From assembly GCA_027310465.1 (NCBI GenBank), contig DAIDAU010000514.1, forward strand, positions 270 through 64,269: a DNA stretch of 64,000 bases. The letters run 5' to 3'. The stretch is from Rhodocyclaceae bacterium. GTDB taxonomy: Bacteria > Pseudomonadota > Gammaproteobacteria > Burkholderiales > Rhodocyclaceae. This document shows positions 33,366-43,734 of this stretch, piece after piece. The notes beneath the pieces are model-generated. The model was not told the DNA's origin. It saw only the letters and a list, made by a program, of their open reading frames with translations, and did no database searches. Made by a program: the position numbers and the translations under genes. Every line of letters begins with the position of its first letter. Within the stretch, counting starts at the first letter, position 1.

Positions 33366-34976
33366 ATGAACGCCATCGTGAAGGCGCGCGAGATCCAGTT
33401 CTCCGAAGTGCTGCCGCATGAGCTGCAGAAGAACTGGGCGCCGATCTACAACCAGATGGGCATGATCGACCGCCAGGCGGTCGCTGCCGAAGTCACCAAC
33501 TTCCTCGAAGCCGTGCGCAAGTCCCAGTCCCAGACGGACTTCATGCCCGACTTCCTGGCCAAGAGCACGTTCCAGCAGGCGGGTTCGGCCACCTCCGGCC
33601 TGACCTACTACGACCTCGAGCTCGGCGCCAAGTTCCTCTATCCCGTCCTGACGCCGCTGCGCAACGAGATCCCGCGCGTCTCCGGCAAGGGCGGCATTCA
33701 GGCGGCGTGGCGCGCCGTGACCGGCGTCAACACCTCCGGCCTGCGTATCGGCGTCTCCGCCGGTAACCGCGGTGGTGTGCAGGCGGTCTCGACCCAGGAC
33801 TATCTGGCGACCTACCGCGGCATCGGTCTGGAGACCAACGTCGACTTCGAGGCCGAGTATGCCGGCCGCGGCTTCGACGACATCCGCGCGATCGCGGCCA
33901 AGACCGGCCTCGAAGCGACGATGATCGGCGAGGAGATCCTGATCCTCGGCGGCCTCGGCTCCTACGGTCTCGGCACCACGCCGACCCCGTCGCTGGCCGC
34001 TGCCACCACGGGCGGCTCGCTCGCGACCGCGACCTATTCGGTCATCTGCGTGGCGCTGTCGCTCGACGGCTTCATCAACGGTTCGGTTGCCGGCGGCGTC
34101 CAGGCCTCCATCACCCGCACCAATGCGGACGGCTCGACCGACACCTTCGGTGGCGGCGCGGCCCAGAAGTCGACCAACGCCACCGTGGCCGTCACCGGCC
34201 CGAACGGCTCGGTCTCGGCCACCGTTACCGCCGTCCAGGGCGCGTGCGGTTACGCCTGGTTCTGGGGTGCGGCCGGCTCGGAAGTGCTCGGCGCGATCAC
34301 CTCGATCAACTCGGTGTCGATCACGGCGGCCGCGACCGGCACCCAGACCGCGGCGTCCATGCCGTCGGCTGACTGGTCGAAGAACGCGCTGGTGTTCGAC
34401 GGCCTGATCTACCAGGCTCTGGCGAGCGGCTCCAATGCCTACGTCGCCCTGCAGCCGACCGGCACCGCTGGCGTCGGCACCCCGCTGACCGCTGACGGCG
34501 CCGGTGGTGTCGTCGAGATCGACGCGGCGCTGCAGGACCGTTGGGACCGCTTCCGTCTGTCCCCGGACACCATCTGGGTGAACAGCCAGGAGGCCTCGAG
34601 CCTGTCGAAGAAGATCCTGCAGGGCAACAGCAATGCGGCCCAGCGCTTCGTCTTCCAGAGCGAGCGGGACAACATCGGCGGCGGCATCATGGTCCGCACC
34701 TATCTGAACAAGTTCAGCATGGGTGGTGCCAAGACGCTGGATATCCGTATCCACCCGAACCTGCCGCCCGGTACCATCCTGATGACCTCGCGCTCGCTGC
34801 CCTATCCGGTCAGCGGCGTGAACAACATCATCCAGATGCGCTACCGTCAGGACTACTACCAGATCGAGTGGCCGCTCCGCACCCGTAAGTACGAGTCGGG
34901 CGTCTACGCCGACGAGGTGCTGCAGCACTACTTCCCGCCGAGCATGTGCGTCATCAGCAACATCGCCAATGGCTAA
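33366..34976 (+). CDS. major capsid protein
   Basis: GGAGATAACGCG-ATG; 536 aa directly after the protease/scaffold gene; strong hairpin terminator downstream; start chosen inside the 573-aa track ORF. Confidence 0.8.
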   Translation: MNAIVKAREIQFSEVLPHELQKNWAPIYNQMGMIDRQAVAAEVTNFLEAVRKSQSQTDFMPDFLAKSTFQQAGSATSGLTYYDLELGAKFLYPVLTPLRNEIPRVSGKGGIQAAWRAVTGVNTSGLRIGVSAGNRGGVQAVSTQDYLATYRGIGLETNVDFEAEYAGRGFDDIRAIAAKTGLEATMIGEEILILGGLGSYGLGTTPTPSLAAATTGGSLATATYSVICVALSLDGFINGSVAGGVQASITRTNADGSTDTFGGGAAQKSTNATVAVTGPNGSVSATVTAVQGACGYAWFWGAAGSEVLGAITSINSVSITAAATGTQTAASMPSADWSKNALVFDGLIYQALASGSNAYVALQPTGTAGVGTPLTADGAGGVVEIDAALQDRWDRFRLSPDTIWVNSQEASSLSKKILQGNSNAAQRFVFQSERDNIGGGIMVRTYLNKFSMGGAKTLDIRIHPNLPPGTILMTSRSLPYPVSGVNNIIQMRYRQDYYQIEWPLRTRKYESGVYADEVLQHYFPPSMCVISNIANG

Positions 34977-34984
34977 TCGCTACC

Positions 34985-35016
34985 GGGGAGCGCGTTCGCG
35001 CGCTCCCCACCATTTT
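34985..35016 (+). terminator. intrinsic terminator or attenuator after the capsid gene
   Basis: GGGGAGCGCG-TTCG-CGCGCTCCCC (10-bp stem, UUCG loop), then ACCATTTTCC. Confidence 0.7.
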
Positions 35017-35071
35017 CCCGTTAGGCCATTTTCAAAGAGCCACAACCCCAATCATCTTCGGAGAAATCACA

Positions 35072-35629
35072 ATGGTTCGCATGCGCGCACGCCACGGCGT
35101 CACCGGCTTTTCCCATGACGGCGAGAGCCACGAGGTCGACGAGCACGGTCACATCGAAGTGAACGAGAGCCACGTCGAGGCCGCCAAGTCGCACGGTTTC
35201 GAGGTTGCGCATGAAGAGGCGGCCGCTGTCGTGAAGAAGATCGAGCAGGTGGTCGACGACCTCGTGCATATGTCGCGCACCGAAGCGCTGGAGATGCTGG
35301 AGCACCTCGGCGTCGTCATCACCGGCCACATGAATGCCGGCGATCTGGTCGCTGCGCTCAAGGGCGCCTGCGCCGGCGTCGCCGCCAAGATCGAACGCGA
35401 CGTCGAAAAGGCGAAGGACGCAGTCAAGGACGCGGTCAAGGATGTGGCGACGGAAGTGGGCACGTCCGAGGCTCCCAAGGCCGAAGAGACGAAGTCCGAC
35501 GCCAAGCCGGAAGATGCCAATGACGGCGCCAAGGACGAGGCCAAGGACGGTGCCGCGCGCACCGAGACGCTGAAGCTGAAGAACCATCAGCCGAACCAGC
35601 AGCACGGCCACCACAATCGCCGCGGCTGA
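35072..35629 (+). CDS. hypothetical head-module protein (185 aa), acidic/Lys-rich
   Basis: GGAGAAATCACA-ATG; MVRMRARHGVTGFSHDGESHEVDEHGHIEV... Confidence 0.65.
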   Translation: MVRMRARHGVTGFSHDGESHEVDEHGHIEVNESHVEAAKSHGFEVAHEEAAAVVKKIEQVVDDLVHMSRTEALEMLEHLGVVITGHMNAGDLVAALKGACAGVAAKIERDVEKAKDAVKDAVKDVATEVGTSEAPKAEETKSDAKPEDANDGAKDEAKDGAARTETLKLKNHQPNQQHGHHNRRG

Positions 35630-35664
35630 TCGTCAGCGTTAGTCTGTAGGGAAGGGCGTACGTC

Positions 35665-36576
35665 ATGCTGGTCTGGTCGGGCAAGCTCGCGAGCGAGATC
35701 AAGTCGTATCCGATCGACTGGACCGTCAACCTCGCCGGCGAGACCATCGCTTCTTCGGCATGGTCGATCGTCGGCGAGGACGTCACGCAGGAGGCTTCTC
35801 CTGCGCTGGTGATCGAGGCCTCGCCCGCGCCGTCCTTCACGACCACCCAGGCCACGGTCTGGCTCGGTGCCGGCACCGCCGGCATCACCTATGTCCTGCA
35901 GAACACGGTCACGACGAGCGGCGGCCGCACGCTGACCCAGCAGGCCGAGCTGCCGGTCGTCGCCAACCTGTCGAGCGACGATCTAACCACGGTCGCGGCC
36001 GCGCTCAACTGGATCGGCCAGCCCGCCGACACCGACGGCTCGGTCGCGCGCATCATCAGCCAGATGTCGGCGCAGGTGCAGGGCGAGCTCGGCTACAAGG
36101 TCAAGCAGCAGTCCTATACGAGGACCTTCGACGGGCAGGGGCTGCGCAAGCTGTTCGTGCCCGACCTGCCGCTGATCTCGGTGCAGTCGCTCAGCATCAA
36201 CGGCGTCACGGTGCCGCAAGGCTCGATGGCGGGCGGTTCCCAGCAGGCCGGCTTCTACAACAACGCCAGCTCGATCGCGCTGATCGGCTATTGCTTCGAG
36301 CCCGGCTTTCAGAACATCCAGATCACCTACACCGCCGGACGGGCCACGGTTCCCGCCGATCTCGAGCGCGCGGTGCTGGACTGGATCAAGATCGTCGCCG
36401 CCGGCAAGGCGCTGATCGGTTTCGGCGTCAACGCCACCTCGATCCGCGCCGGCGATACCGGCATCGAGTTCGGCGGCAAGGGCGACTCGACCGACCAGAA
36501 GCTGATCCCGATCCCGACGCAGATCTACAGCGTGCTGCGGCGTTATATCCGCGTCGTGCCAATCTCAGGGTTCTGA
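35665..36576 (+). CDS. head-tail connector or adaptor-like protein (303 aa)
   Basis: Position after the capsid gene; central DLTTVAAALNWIGQPADTDGSVARIISQMSAQVQGELG resembles gp6-type connector helices. Confidence 0.55.
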   Translation: MLVWSGKLASEIKSYPIDWTVNLAGETIASSAWSIVGEDVTQEASPALVIEASPAPSFTTTQATVWLGAGTAGITYVLQNTVTTSGGRTLTQQAELPVVANLSSDDLTTVAAALNWIGQPADTDGSVARIISQMSAQVQGELGYKVKQQSYTRTFDGQGLRKLFVPDLPLISVQSLSINGVTVPQGSMAGGSQQAGFYNNASSIALIGYCFEPGFQNIQITYTAGRATVPADLERAVLDWIKIVAAGKALIGFGVNATSIRAGDTGIEFGGKGDSTDQKLIPIPTQIYSVLRRYIRVVPISGF

Positions 36577-36581
36577 TCGCC

Positions 36582-36731
36582 ATGGACAGCAAGACGCGCC
36601 GCATGATCCGCCGCCACGTCAAGGAGATGGCAGAGCAGGCCGCCGAGGCCAAGGTGGAGGCGGTCAAGCGCTACGCCCATGGCTTTGCGCTCACCATGAC
36701 CTTGATGTTCAACCCCGGCGAGTTCGAGTGA
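36582..36731 (+). CDS. hypothetical small protein (49 aa)
   Basis: MDSKTRRMIRRHVKEMAEQAAEAKVEAVKRY... Confidence 0.5.
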   Translation: MDSKTRRMIRRHVKEMAEQAAEAKVEAVKRYAHGFALTMTLMFNPGEFE

Positions 36732-36732
36732 G

Positions 36733-37131
36733 ATGGGATCGTTCCTCTATCCGCGGACGATCGAGATCCGTCGGATCAACACGGGCGCCGGCGCTACCGA
36801 CACCAATATCGGCCTGATCGGCTATTCCGGCGATGCGCTCGCGCCCACCACCAAGGACCCGGCGCAGGGCGAGACCGTGCTGTTCACCGCTATCCCGGCG
36901 AACATTCAGGCCATGCAGATGGGCCGCAAGGCTACAGGCGGCGGCGGCCTGCCGACGCAGGGCTCGCAGCATCCGAGCTGGAAGGTGATCATCCCGCCCG
37001 GCGCCGTCCCCAAGGACTCGATCCGCGACGGCGACATCATCGTCGACGATCAGGGCTACCGCTATCAGGTGGCGCAGAATTACTGGAACTCGCTCGGCTA
37101 TCAGGCCGCCTGCATGCGACTGGAGGCGTAA
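36733..37131 (+). CDS. neck or head-closure-like protein (132 aa)
   Basis: Position only; tightly packed in the head-tail joining block. Confidence 0.5.
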   Translation: MGSFLYPRTIEIRRINTGAGATDTNIGLIGYSGDALAPTTKDPAQGETVLFTAIPANIQAMQMGRKATGGGGLPTQGSQHPSWKVIIPPGAVPKDSIRDGDIIVDDQGYRYQVAQNYWNSLGYQAACMRLEA

Positions 37132-38010
37132 GTGGCCGACCTGTCCGACGTTACCGCCTATCTGGCGCAGGCGGTTGCCAATGCCGTCTATCCGAACGGC
37201 ACCGCGCAGCCGTCGATCGCCGCGATGGACGTCCGCATCTTCGAGGGCTGGCCGATCGCCGACCAGCTCAACCTCGACATGCAGGGCAAGTATGTCCCGG
37301 CGGGCGCCACCGTGCCGGTGGCACGGCCCGGCGGGCCGGTCGCCAACGTCTCGATCTTCCCGATGATGGGGACCGGCAAGGCCACCTATCAGGTCCTCAA
37401 CAAGACCTATGTGATTGCCGAGCCCGTGCTCGGCATGTCGTTTTCGATCTCCGGCAACACCATCACGGTGAGCGGACAGCCGAACGCCGGCGAATACCTG
37501 ACCGTTGTCGCTGACGGCGGCCACGCCTATTCGCGGACCGGTACCAACACGCAGGCGCTGCTCGCAGCGCTCGCGGCGGACGCGGTGACGGACTATCCCG
37601 GCACCACGTCCGATGCCACCACGCTGACGATCCCGGTCAGCCATTCCATGGTGGTCCGTCAGGGCGGCGCCGGCACGATGGGCCGCACCACCCATCGCCA
37701 GTGCCAGAGCGTGATGGTGACGGTGTGGTCGCCAAATCGCAGCGTGCGCAACGTGCTTGCCTCGGCGATCGACGTTGCGCTCAAGAACGCCAACAAGGTG
37801 TCGATGCCCGACACCTCGCAGGCCACTGTCATCTACAGCCGCACCAACACCATCGACGATCAGCAGACCACGCCGGTCTACCGGCGCGACCTGATCTATG
37901 ACGTCGACTACGCCACCGTGCAGCAGTTCCCGGGCTACACGATCACCTCGACGCAGACCTCGATCATCAGCGAGGTCGACAACACCACAACCGCCAACGC
38001 TATCATCTAA
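37132..38010 (+). CDS. neck or tail-completion-like protein (292 aa)
   Basis: GTG directly after TAA; position before the sheath gene. Confidence 0.5.
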   Translation: MADLSDVTAYLAQAVANAVYPNGTAQPSIAAMDVRIFEGWPIADQLNLDMQGKYVPAGATVPVARPGGPVANVSIFPMMGTGKATYQVLNKTYVIAEPVLGMSFSISGNTITVSGQPNAGEYLTVVADGGHAYSRTGTNTQALLAALAADAVTDYPGTTSDATTLTIPVSHSMVVRQGGAGTMGRTTHRQCQSVMVTVWSPNRSVRNVLASAIDVALKNANKVSMPDTSQATVIYSRTNTIDDQQTTPVYRRDLIYDVDYATVQQFPGYTITSTQTSIISEVDNTTTANAII

Positions 38011-38023
38011 GAGGGCCAGAGCC

Positions 38024-38206
38024 GTGAATTTCCATCTCGTGTGCGTCCATCCCTTCAAGCACTACGCGAAGGGCCAGAAGATCACCGACCCGGACGAGGT
38101 CGCGCGCCTGTCTCAGGATCGCGATCATCACTTCGTTCGCGTCCCGGCTCCGGCCGAGGAGTCCGCCGCAGCTCCGGAACATCCGCAGGACGATACCGAG
38201 CACTAA
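38024..38206 (+). CDS. hypothetical small protein (60 aa)
   Basis: GTG start; VNFHLVCVHPFKHYAKGQKITDPDEV... Confidence 0.45.
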   Translation: MNFHLVCVHPFKHYAKGQKITDPDEVARLSQDRDHHFVRVPAPAEESAAAPEHPQDDTEH

Positions 38207-38232
38207 GGCCCGCCACATCCACCGCATCCGAC

Positions 38233-38256
38233 CCCGCCCCTTGAGGCGGGTTTTTT
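38233..38256 (+). terminator. intrinsic terminator
   Basis: CCCGCC-CCTTGA-GGCGGG then TTTTTT; followed by the TGGAGAT RBS of the sheath gene. Confidence 0.8.
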
Positions 38257-38271
38257 ATTGGAGATCACGAA

Positions 38272-40230
38272 ATGACCGGTAACGTCTTCCTCGACGGTCA
38301 GCAGAATCTCGCCGCGCTGACCGTCCCCGGCGTGTATGGCGATATCATTCTGCCGACCGGTATGATCCTCGGCACGCCGACCAACATCGAAGGCCTGGTC
38401 GGCGTCGCGAGCTGGGGTCCTCTCAACGCGCTGATCCCGGTGTCGAAGCCGATTGACGCGGCGACCTCGATCGGCAGCCCGGTGATCCGCAGCTACGACA
38501 TGGCGTCCTATGTCGCGGCGGCCTGCCAGGTCGGGCCCGCGGTCGGCTTCTTCTGCGTGCGCGTCTCCGACGGCACCGACGTCGCCGCCACGGTCTCGGT
38601 GCAGTCCGGCGCGATCACGCTGGCCGGCAAGTACACCGGCACGCTCGGCAACGGCATCACGTTCTCGATCCAGAACGGCTCGGCCAAGAACAGCTACATG
38701 GGCGTCGTCGCCTTCCCGGGCCTCGTCCCCGAGCAGTTCAACAACGTCGCCGGCCCGACCCCGGCGAGCGGCACCGCGACGTTCGCGGCCAATCCGGCCG
38801 CCAACGACACCCTGACGATCGCCGGTACCGCGATCACCTTTGTCGCCTCCGGCGCGACCGGCACCCAGGTCAACATCGGCTCCTCGCTGGCGGTCACGCT
38901 GTCGAACCTCTTGACCTTCCTGCAGGGCTCGACCGATGCCGGCCTCGTCAAATGCACCTACAGCGTCGCCGGCTCGGTGCTGACGATCACCGCCAACCAG
39001 TTCAACGGCACCGGCGCCAATGCCGGCACCGGCGGCAACTCGCTGACGCTCGCCAAGACCTCGACCGCGATCACGCTGTCCGGTGCGACCCTGTCTGGCG
39101 GCGTCGGTACCTGGCAGACGTTCTGGACCAACCTCGCCAACGCCATCAACAACGGCACGGCATATCACGGCCCCAGCCAGTTCGTGATTGCGACCGCGGG
39201 CACCTCGACCCTGGCGCCGACGCTGTCGACCACGCTGCAGCTCTCTGGCGGCACCGACGGCGCCTCCGGCGTCACCGATGCGACGCTGATGGGGCAGGAC
39301 GTCACCCCGCGCAAGGGCATGTACGCGCTGCGCGGCTCGAACTGCGACGGCTTCACGCTGTGCGACCTGTCGACCTCGGCGGACTACGCTGCGATCGCCT
39401 CGTTCGCGATCGGTGAGACCATGCTGCCGGTGTTCGCCACGACCTCGGGCGACACCACCGCAGATACGCTCTCGATCCGCATCAACTCCGGCATCGACAC
39501 GCCGTGGTTCTGGCTGATCAAGGGCGACTGGCCGACGTTCTACGACAGCTACAACCAGGTCTCGCGCCTGATCAACCCGTCGGCGTTCGGACTCGGCATC
39601 ATCGGCAACCTGTCGCCGCAGCAGTCGCCGCTCAACAAGCCGCTGCAGGGCATCTCCGCCACGCAGACGACGCAGCTCGGCCAGACCTATTCCGACACCG
39701 AGCTGTCGCAGATCAACACCGGCGGCATCGACGTCATCCTGGGGCCGAACTCCTCGCCGGGCGGCTACTACTTCTCGTTTGCCACGGGGCGCAACACCTC
39801 GTCCAACACCGCGGCGAACGGGATCGAGTACACCCGTATGACCAACTTCCTGATCCGCGCTGCGCAGAGCAAGGCGGCAGGATCGTTCGTCGGTCAGCTG
39901 CAGTCGATCCAGCCCGACGACGAGACGCGGGCCAAGGCCAAGGCGCTGTTCGACGGCTTCTCGGCGCAGCTCGCCTCCTCCGAGGTCGGTCTTGGCATCA
40001 ACGGGCAGGGCATGATCGACCGGCCCTGGTCGGTGCAGTGCGACCTCAACAACAACCCGCCCGACCTGCAGGCGAGGGGCTATCTGTTCCTGTACTGGAA
40101 GGTCCGCTACCTCAACGTGATCCGCTACTTCGTGGTCAAGTTCCAGGGCGGCGGCAACGTCACGGTCACGGTCCAGACCACGCAGCCCTCGCCGAGCCAG
40201 TTCGCTCAGAACGTCAACTCGTCGGTCTAA
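38272..40230 (+). CDS. contractile tail sheath protein
   Basis: 652 aa; N-terminal [11 protein letters not shown] and [13 protein letters not shown] motifs; followed by tube and chaperone genes. Confidence 0.85.
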   Translation: MTGNVFLDGQQNLAALTVPGVYGDIILPTGMILGTPTNIEGLVGVASWGPLNALIPVSKPIDAATSIGSPVIRSYDMASYVAAACQVGPAVGFFCVRVSDGTDVAATVSVQSGAITLAGKYTGTLGNGITFSIQNGSAKNSYMGVVAFPGLVPEQFNNVAGPTPASGTATFAANPAANDTLTIAGTAITFVASGATGTQVNIGSSLAVTLSNLLTFLQGSTDAGLVKCTYSVAGSVLTITANQFNGTGANAGTGGNSLTLAKTSTAITLSGATLSGGVGTWQTFWTNLANAINNGTAYHGPSQFVIATAGTSTLAPTLSTTLQLSGGTDGASGVTDATLMGQDVTPRKGMYALRGSNCDGFTLCDLSTSADYAAIASFAIGETMLPVFATTSGDTTADTLSIRINSGIDTPWFWLIKGDWPTFYDSYNQVSRLINPSAFGLGIIGNLSPQQSPLNKPLQGISATQTTQLGQTYSDTELSQINTGGIDVILGPNSSPGGYYFSFATGRNTSSNTAANGIEYTRMTNFLIRAAQSKAAGSFVGQLQSIQPDDETRAKAKALFDGFSAQLASSEVGLGINGQGMIDRPWSVQCDLNNNPPDLQARGYLFLYWKVRYLNVIRYFVVKFQGGGNVTVTVQTTQPSPSQFAQNVNSSV

Positions 40231-40741
40231 GGTTGGCGAACTCGCCGTAATACGCAGTGGCGGCTTTCTCGTAAGCCGCCGCTGCCTCAGTCACGAGTTC
40301 AAACAATCCGAGATGGATACTCTTGCCATCCACTTGGATCTTCGCGCGCCAGCTCTTCGTGGCGGCATTCCAGTGGACGCCCTTATAGCCACTGGTGTTG
40401 TCCACCCTCTTGGCTTTGTTGGCATGGTTCTGTCCGCGCGTCGCGGGTCTGATGTTGCCCCACGAATTGTTGGAGCGCTTGCGATCACGATGGTCAACGT
40501 CCGCGGCGGGCCACTCACCGGTCACGATCAGATATGCCAATCGATGTGCCCGGTATTGGCGACCATCGATCATGATCACGACGTAGCCGTCTTTGAGTGT
40601 CCCGGCCTCAGTGCCGGCATCCCGAACATTCACCGCGCGACGCAGACCATCGCGCCACTTCCACGTGAAGCGACCGCTGATGGGATCGTAGTCGAGCATC
40701 GATAAAACCCGTTCCCGGGTGAGTTCTTCTGTGTCCGTCAT
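40214..40741 (-). CDS. HNH (HNH_3-type) + AP2-domain homing endonuclease
   Basis: [46 protein letters not shown], then [43 protein letters not shown]; low G+C; start uncertain (40741 or 40816). Confidence 0.8.
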   Translation of the reverse strand: MTDTEELTRERVLSMLDYDPISGRFTWKWRDGLRRAVNVRDAGTEAGTLKDGYVVIMIDGRQYRAHRLAYLIVTGEWPAADVDHRDRKRSNNSWGNIRPATRGQNHANKAKRVDNTSGYKGVHWNAATKSWRAKIQVDGKSIHLGLFELVTEAAAAYEKAATAYYGEFANLRPTS

Positions 40742-40808
40742 GTGCGGATCATAGCAGAAAACGTCTTCAAATCCAGCCAAATAGGAGGCTACCATTCCAG
40801 TCAACGGC

Positions 40809-41231
40809 ATGAACACCGGCCAGGACTATTCGATCATGTTCTACGATGGCGCGAGCGGCACCATCGTCGACCTCGGCGACATCCAGAACGTGCGCAAGCA
40901 GGCGCTCAAGCACGACATCAAGTCGGCACCCTACAACAAGCTGCCGCGCTACGGCTACGTGCCGGACGGCTACCGCTTCCAGTTCACCATCACCCGCACC
41001 GGGCCTGCGCTCGAAGACTTCATGGTGCAGGCGGAGGCCAACTTCAATCAGGGCAAGGTGCAGAAGCCCGGGTTTCTCAACGAGACCATCACCAACCCCG
41101 ACGGCAGCGTCAGCCGCTACCAGTACACGCAGTTCGTGATCTTCCTCGACGATCACGGCGACATCAGCCGTGACAAGCCGGTCACGCTGAAGCTGGAGGG
41201 CATGGCGTCCAGCCGCGTCGCCATCGCCTGA
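40809..41231 (+). CDS. tail tube protein
   Basis: 140 aa, between the sheath and chaperone genes. Confidence 0.6.
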   Translation: MNTGQDYSIMFYDGASGTIVDLGDIQNVRKQALKHDIKSAPYNKLPRYGYVPDGYRFQFTITRTGPALEDFMVQAEANFNQGKVQKPGFLNETITNPDGSVSRYQYTQFVIFLDDHGDISRDKPVTLKLEGMASSRVAIA

Positions 41232-41277
41232 TCATCATCACCACTCCGCAAACAGATAAGAGGAGCACGTAAGCCCC

Positions 41278-41664
41278 ATGGCCACCGAGAGCGAACTCAA
41301 ACTCGCCCGCTACGGCAAGGTCGAGAAGAACGCCGATGCGCTTGGTCGCGTCATCGGCGTCCGCCGTCTCAAGCCGTCCGAGCAGGCGCGCATCACCGAG
41401 TTCACCGCCGGCCTGTCCGGCACCGAAGAGGTGACGACGCCCGATGGCACCAAGCTGTCGGCGCCGCTGCGCCTGCCTTTGGTGCTCGCGGCCTCGGTCT
41501 GCGAGATCGACGGCATGCCGATCCCGTTCCCGCGCAACCGCGCCGAGCTCGATGCGATCTATGACCGCCTCGATGCGGAAGGCCTTGCCGCCGCCAGCGT
41601 CGGCGTCGCCAAGCTGCAGACCGTGGACACCGGTCCGGAGACGCTCGCTGAAGTAAAAAACTAG
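41278..41664 (+). CDS. tail assembly chaperone (short, zero-frame product)
   Basis: 128 aa; ends ...EVKN-TAG inside the slippery run A-AAA-AAC. Confidence 0.7.
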   Translation: MATESELKLARYGKVEKNADALGRVIGVRRLKPSEQARITEFTAGLSGTEEVTTPDGTKLSAPLRLPLVLAASVCEIDGMPIPFPRNRAELDAIYDRLDAEGLAAASVGVAKLQTVDTGPETLAEVKN

Positions 41665-41843
41665 TCGAGGACTCCGTTTTCCGGCTGACCTGCTGGGCAA
41701 TTCAAAACGGAGTCCCGTTCGACGTGGCTCACTCCATGAGCGATGCGGAGCTGCTCGGCTATGCCATCAGCTTCGCCAAGCTCAAGAACGGCGACAAAAC
41801 CTGGGATTGGGATAGGATGAATTTTATTGATTCGCCCCAATGA
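41278..41843 (+). CDS. tail assembly chaperone, -1 frameshift product (G-GT / E-E' analogue)
   Basis: A shift at 41655-41661 opens a 62-codon -1 frame (KKLVEDSVFRLTCWAIQNGVPFDVAHSMSDAELLGYAISFAKLKNG...) ending at TGA 41841-41843. Confidence 0.6.
41655..41715 (+). promoter_or_regulatory. programmed -1 frameshift signal
   Basis: Heptamer A AAA AAC in correct phase (41655-41661), 7-nt spacer, perfect 12-bp stem GGACTCCGTTTT (41669-41680) / AAAACGGAGTCC (41704-41715). Confidence 0.7.
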
Positions 41844-42469
41844 CCACCACACTCCCTAGAGCATACAGCGGTCCTACGGTATCGCGTTCTGAGGCGCTTC
41901 AGACTGGCTTGAAGCGCTTCTTCGATGGTAGGCCGTGCCCGCACGGGCACGTGGCCGAGCGTCTAGTGTCGAATTACACCTGCATGGAATGTACTCGGCT
42001 GAGGAAATTCTCTCTACCGGAGGACCAGATCGAAAAGAAGCGCCAGTATATGAGGGACTGGCGTCGCAAAAACCCTGAAGTGGCTAGGGTCCGTCGCAGG
42101 GAATACATTCTCAACAATCGAGAGAAGCACTATGCTGCAATCATCGCGTGGCATAAGGCAAACCCTGATCGCCTGCGTGAAATCAAATTGTCCGCTAAGC
42201 ATAGAAGGCGGGCCAGGATCGCACAGTGGGATGGATGCCACTACACTACGGAAGAGCTTGTGGCGCTTTGGGAGTCTGTCCCGCATCGTTGTGCAGCCTG
42301 CAGCTGCGACATTACGGTAGAGACCCGACACATCGACCACATCGTCCCGTTGGCGCGTGGCGGATCAAATTCCATCCGTAACATCCAGTTCCTTTGCGCT
42401 CACTGCAACAGGGTCAAGAATGCGCGTGATCCTGCGGTCTTCATGCGCGAGCTTGGGTTCCTAATCTGA
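41840..42469 (+). CDS. HNH endonuclease (paralog 2 of 3)
   Basis: HIDHIVPLARGGSNSIRNIQFLCAHCNRVKNARDP; Arg-rich repeats upstream; ATGA-coupled to the end of the frameshift ORF; low G+C. Confidence 0.85.
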   Translation: MTTTLPRAYSGPTVSRSEALQTGLKRFFDGRPCPHGHVAERLVSNYTCMECTRLRKFSLPEDQIEKKRQYMRDWRRKNPEVARVRRREYILNNREKHYAAIIAWHKANPDRLREIKLSAKHRRRARIAQWDGCHYTTEELVALWESVPHRCAACSCDITVETRHIDHIVPLARGGSNSIRNIQFLCAHCNRVKNARDPAVFMRELGFLI

Positions 42470-43734
42470 TGCGGGTCGGCACCATCACCATCGACGGCAA
42501 AGAGGTCGGCGTCGTCAGTCTCAACGACACGACGACGTTCGACACGTTCGTGCCCAACCTCGATGGCTATACCCCGATGGGGCGCGCGGCCGATGCGCCG
42601 ATCGGCGGCGAGATGGGCGGCCCCGGCGGTCATCCGTCGGGCGCGCACCATCATCATTATGTCGGCCATCACGCCGGCGAAGAGCCGTACACGCCGCACA
42701 AGAACCGGCATCACTATGTCGGGCACCATCCCTCGAGCCCCGGGCACGATCACGCGCCGGGCCGTCCGGTGCGGCAGGGATCGGCCGAGGTCGACCAGGC
42801 GATCGTGGACGCGGCCCGCGCTCACCACCTCGACCCCAACACCATGCGCGCGGTCGCCTCGATCGAGAGCGACATGAACCCGTCGTCGAACGCCAACCGG
42901 GCAACCCAGTACAAGGGCCTGTACCAGATCGGCCGCGACGAGTGGCGCAGGTTCGGCGAGGGCAACATCTACAGCGCCCACGACAACGCGATGGCGGCGG
43001 CGCGCATGTTCGAAGCCAACCGCAACCAGTTCCGCGAGCACTTCCACCGCGACCCGACCGACGCTGAGCTCTACATGATGCATCAGCAAGGGCTCGGCTT
43101 CTATACCCGCGGCGCCATGACCAACATCAGCGGTAATCCCTATCCGGGGATGCATGGTGCCCAGACCCACGACAGCTTCGAGGCCGGCTGGGGCCACGAG
43201 GTCGAACGCCGCAAGGAGCAGTTCGCTCACGGCGGGGCGGCGACGGCGAGCGCACCGCGCCCGACGGTCAGCCCGGGTGCCGTCGAGAGCCCGAGCGGCG
43301 ATCCAGCCGCGTTCATCATGCATCACACCGGCGGCCGCGGATCGGTCGAAGGCGTCGAGAACACGCTGCACCAGCGCGGCCTCGGCGTGCAATACATCAT
43401 GGACCGCGAGGGCAACATCACCGAAGCCGGCGGCCACTCGCACATGCTGCCCGGATGGGGCAAGGGCGAAGGCCTCTCCAACCAGAACACGGTTGGCATG
43501 GAGGTCATCGCCAAGGACAACAACGACGTCACGCCGGCGCAGATCGCGGCAGCCAAGGCCTTTATCGCCAATCGGTACCCGCATACACCGGTCTATGGCC
43601 ATGGCGAAGTCAACCCGGGCCACAAGGAGGCCGACGAGGGCATGGCGATCGTCAATGCCATTCGCGCCGATCGCGCGGCCGGCAAATCGGACGCCGCCGA
43701 CAAACCGTTCGATCCGGAGACCATGGCGCCATGA
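42469..43734 (+). CDS. virion-associated peptidoglycan hydrolase: His-rich N-terminus + lytic transglycosylase + amidase_2-like
   Basis: ASIESDMNPSS...YKGLYQ (SLT-like); AFIMHHTGG...VYGHGEV (PGRP/amidase-like). Confidence 0.7.
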   Translation: MRVGTITIDGKEVGVVSLNDTTTFDTFVPNLDGYTPMGRAADAPIGGEMGGPGGHPSGAHHHHYVGHHAGEEPYTPHKNRHHYVGHHPSSPGHDHAPGRPVRQGSAEVDQAIVDAARAHHLDPNTMRAVASIESDMNPSSNANRATQYKGLYQIGRDEWRRFGEGNIYSAHDNAMAAARMFEANRNQFREHFHRDPTDAELYMMHQQGLGFYTRGAMTNISGNPYPGMHGAQTHDSFEAGWGHEVERRKEQFAHGGAATASAPRPTVSPGAVESPSGDPAAFIMHHTGGRGSVEGVENTLHQRGLGVQYIMDREGNITEAGGHSHMLPGWGKGEGLSNQNTVGMEVIAKDNNDVTPAQIAAAKAFIANRYPHTPVYGHGEVNPGHKEADEGMAIVNAIRADRAAGKSDAADKPFDPETMAP

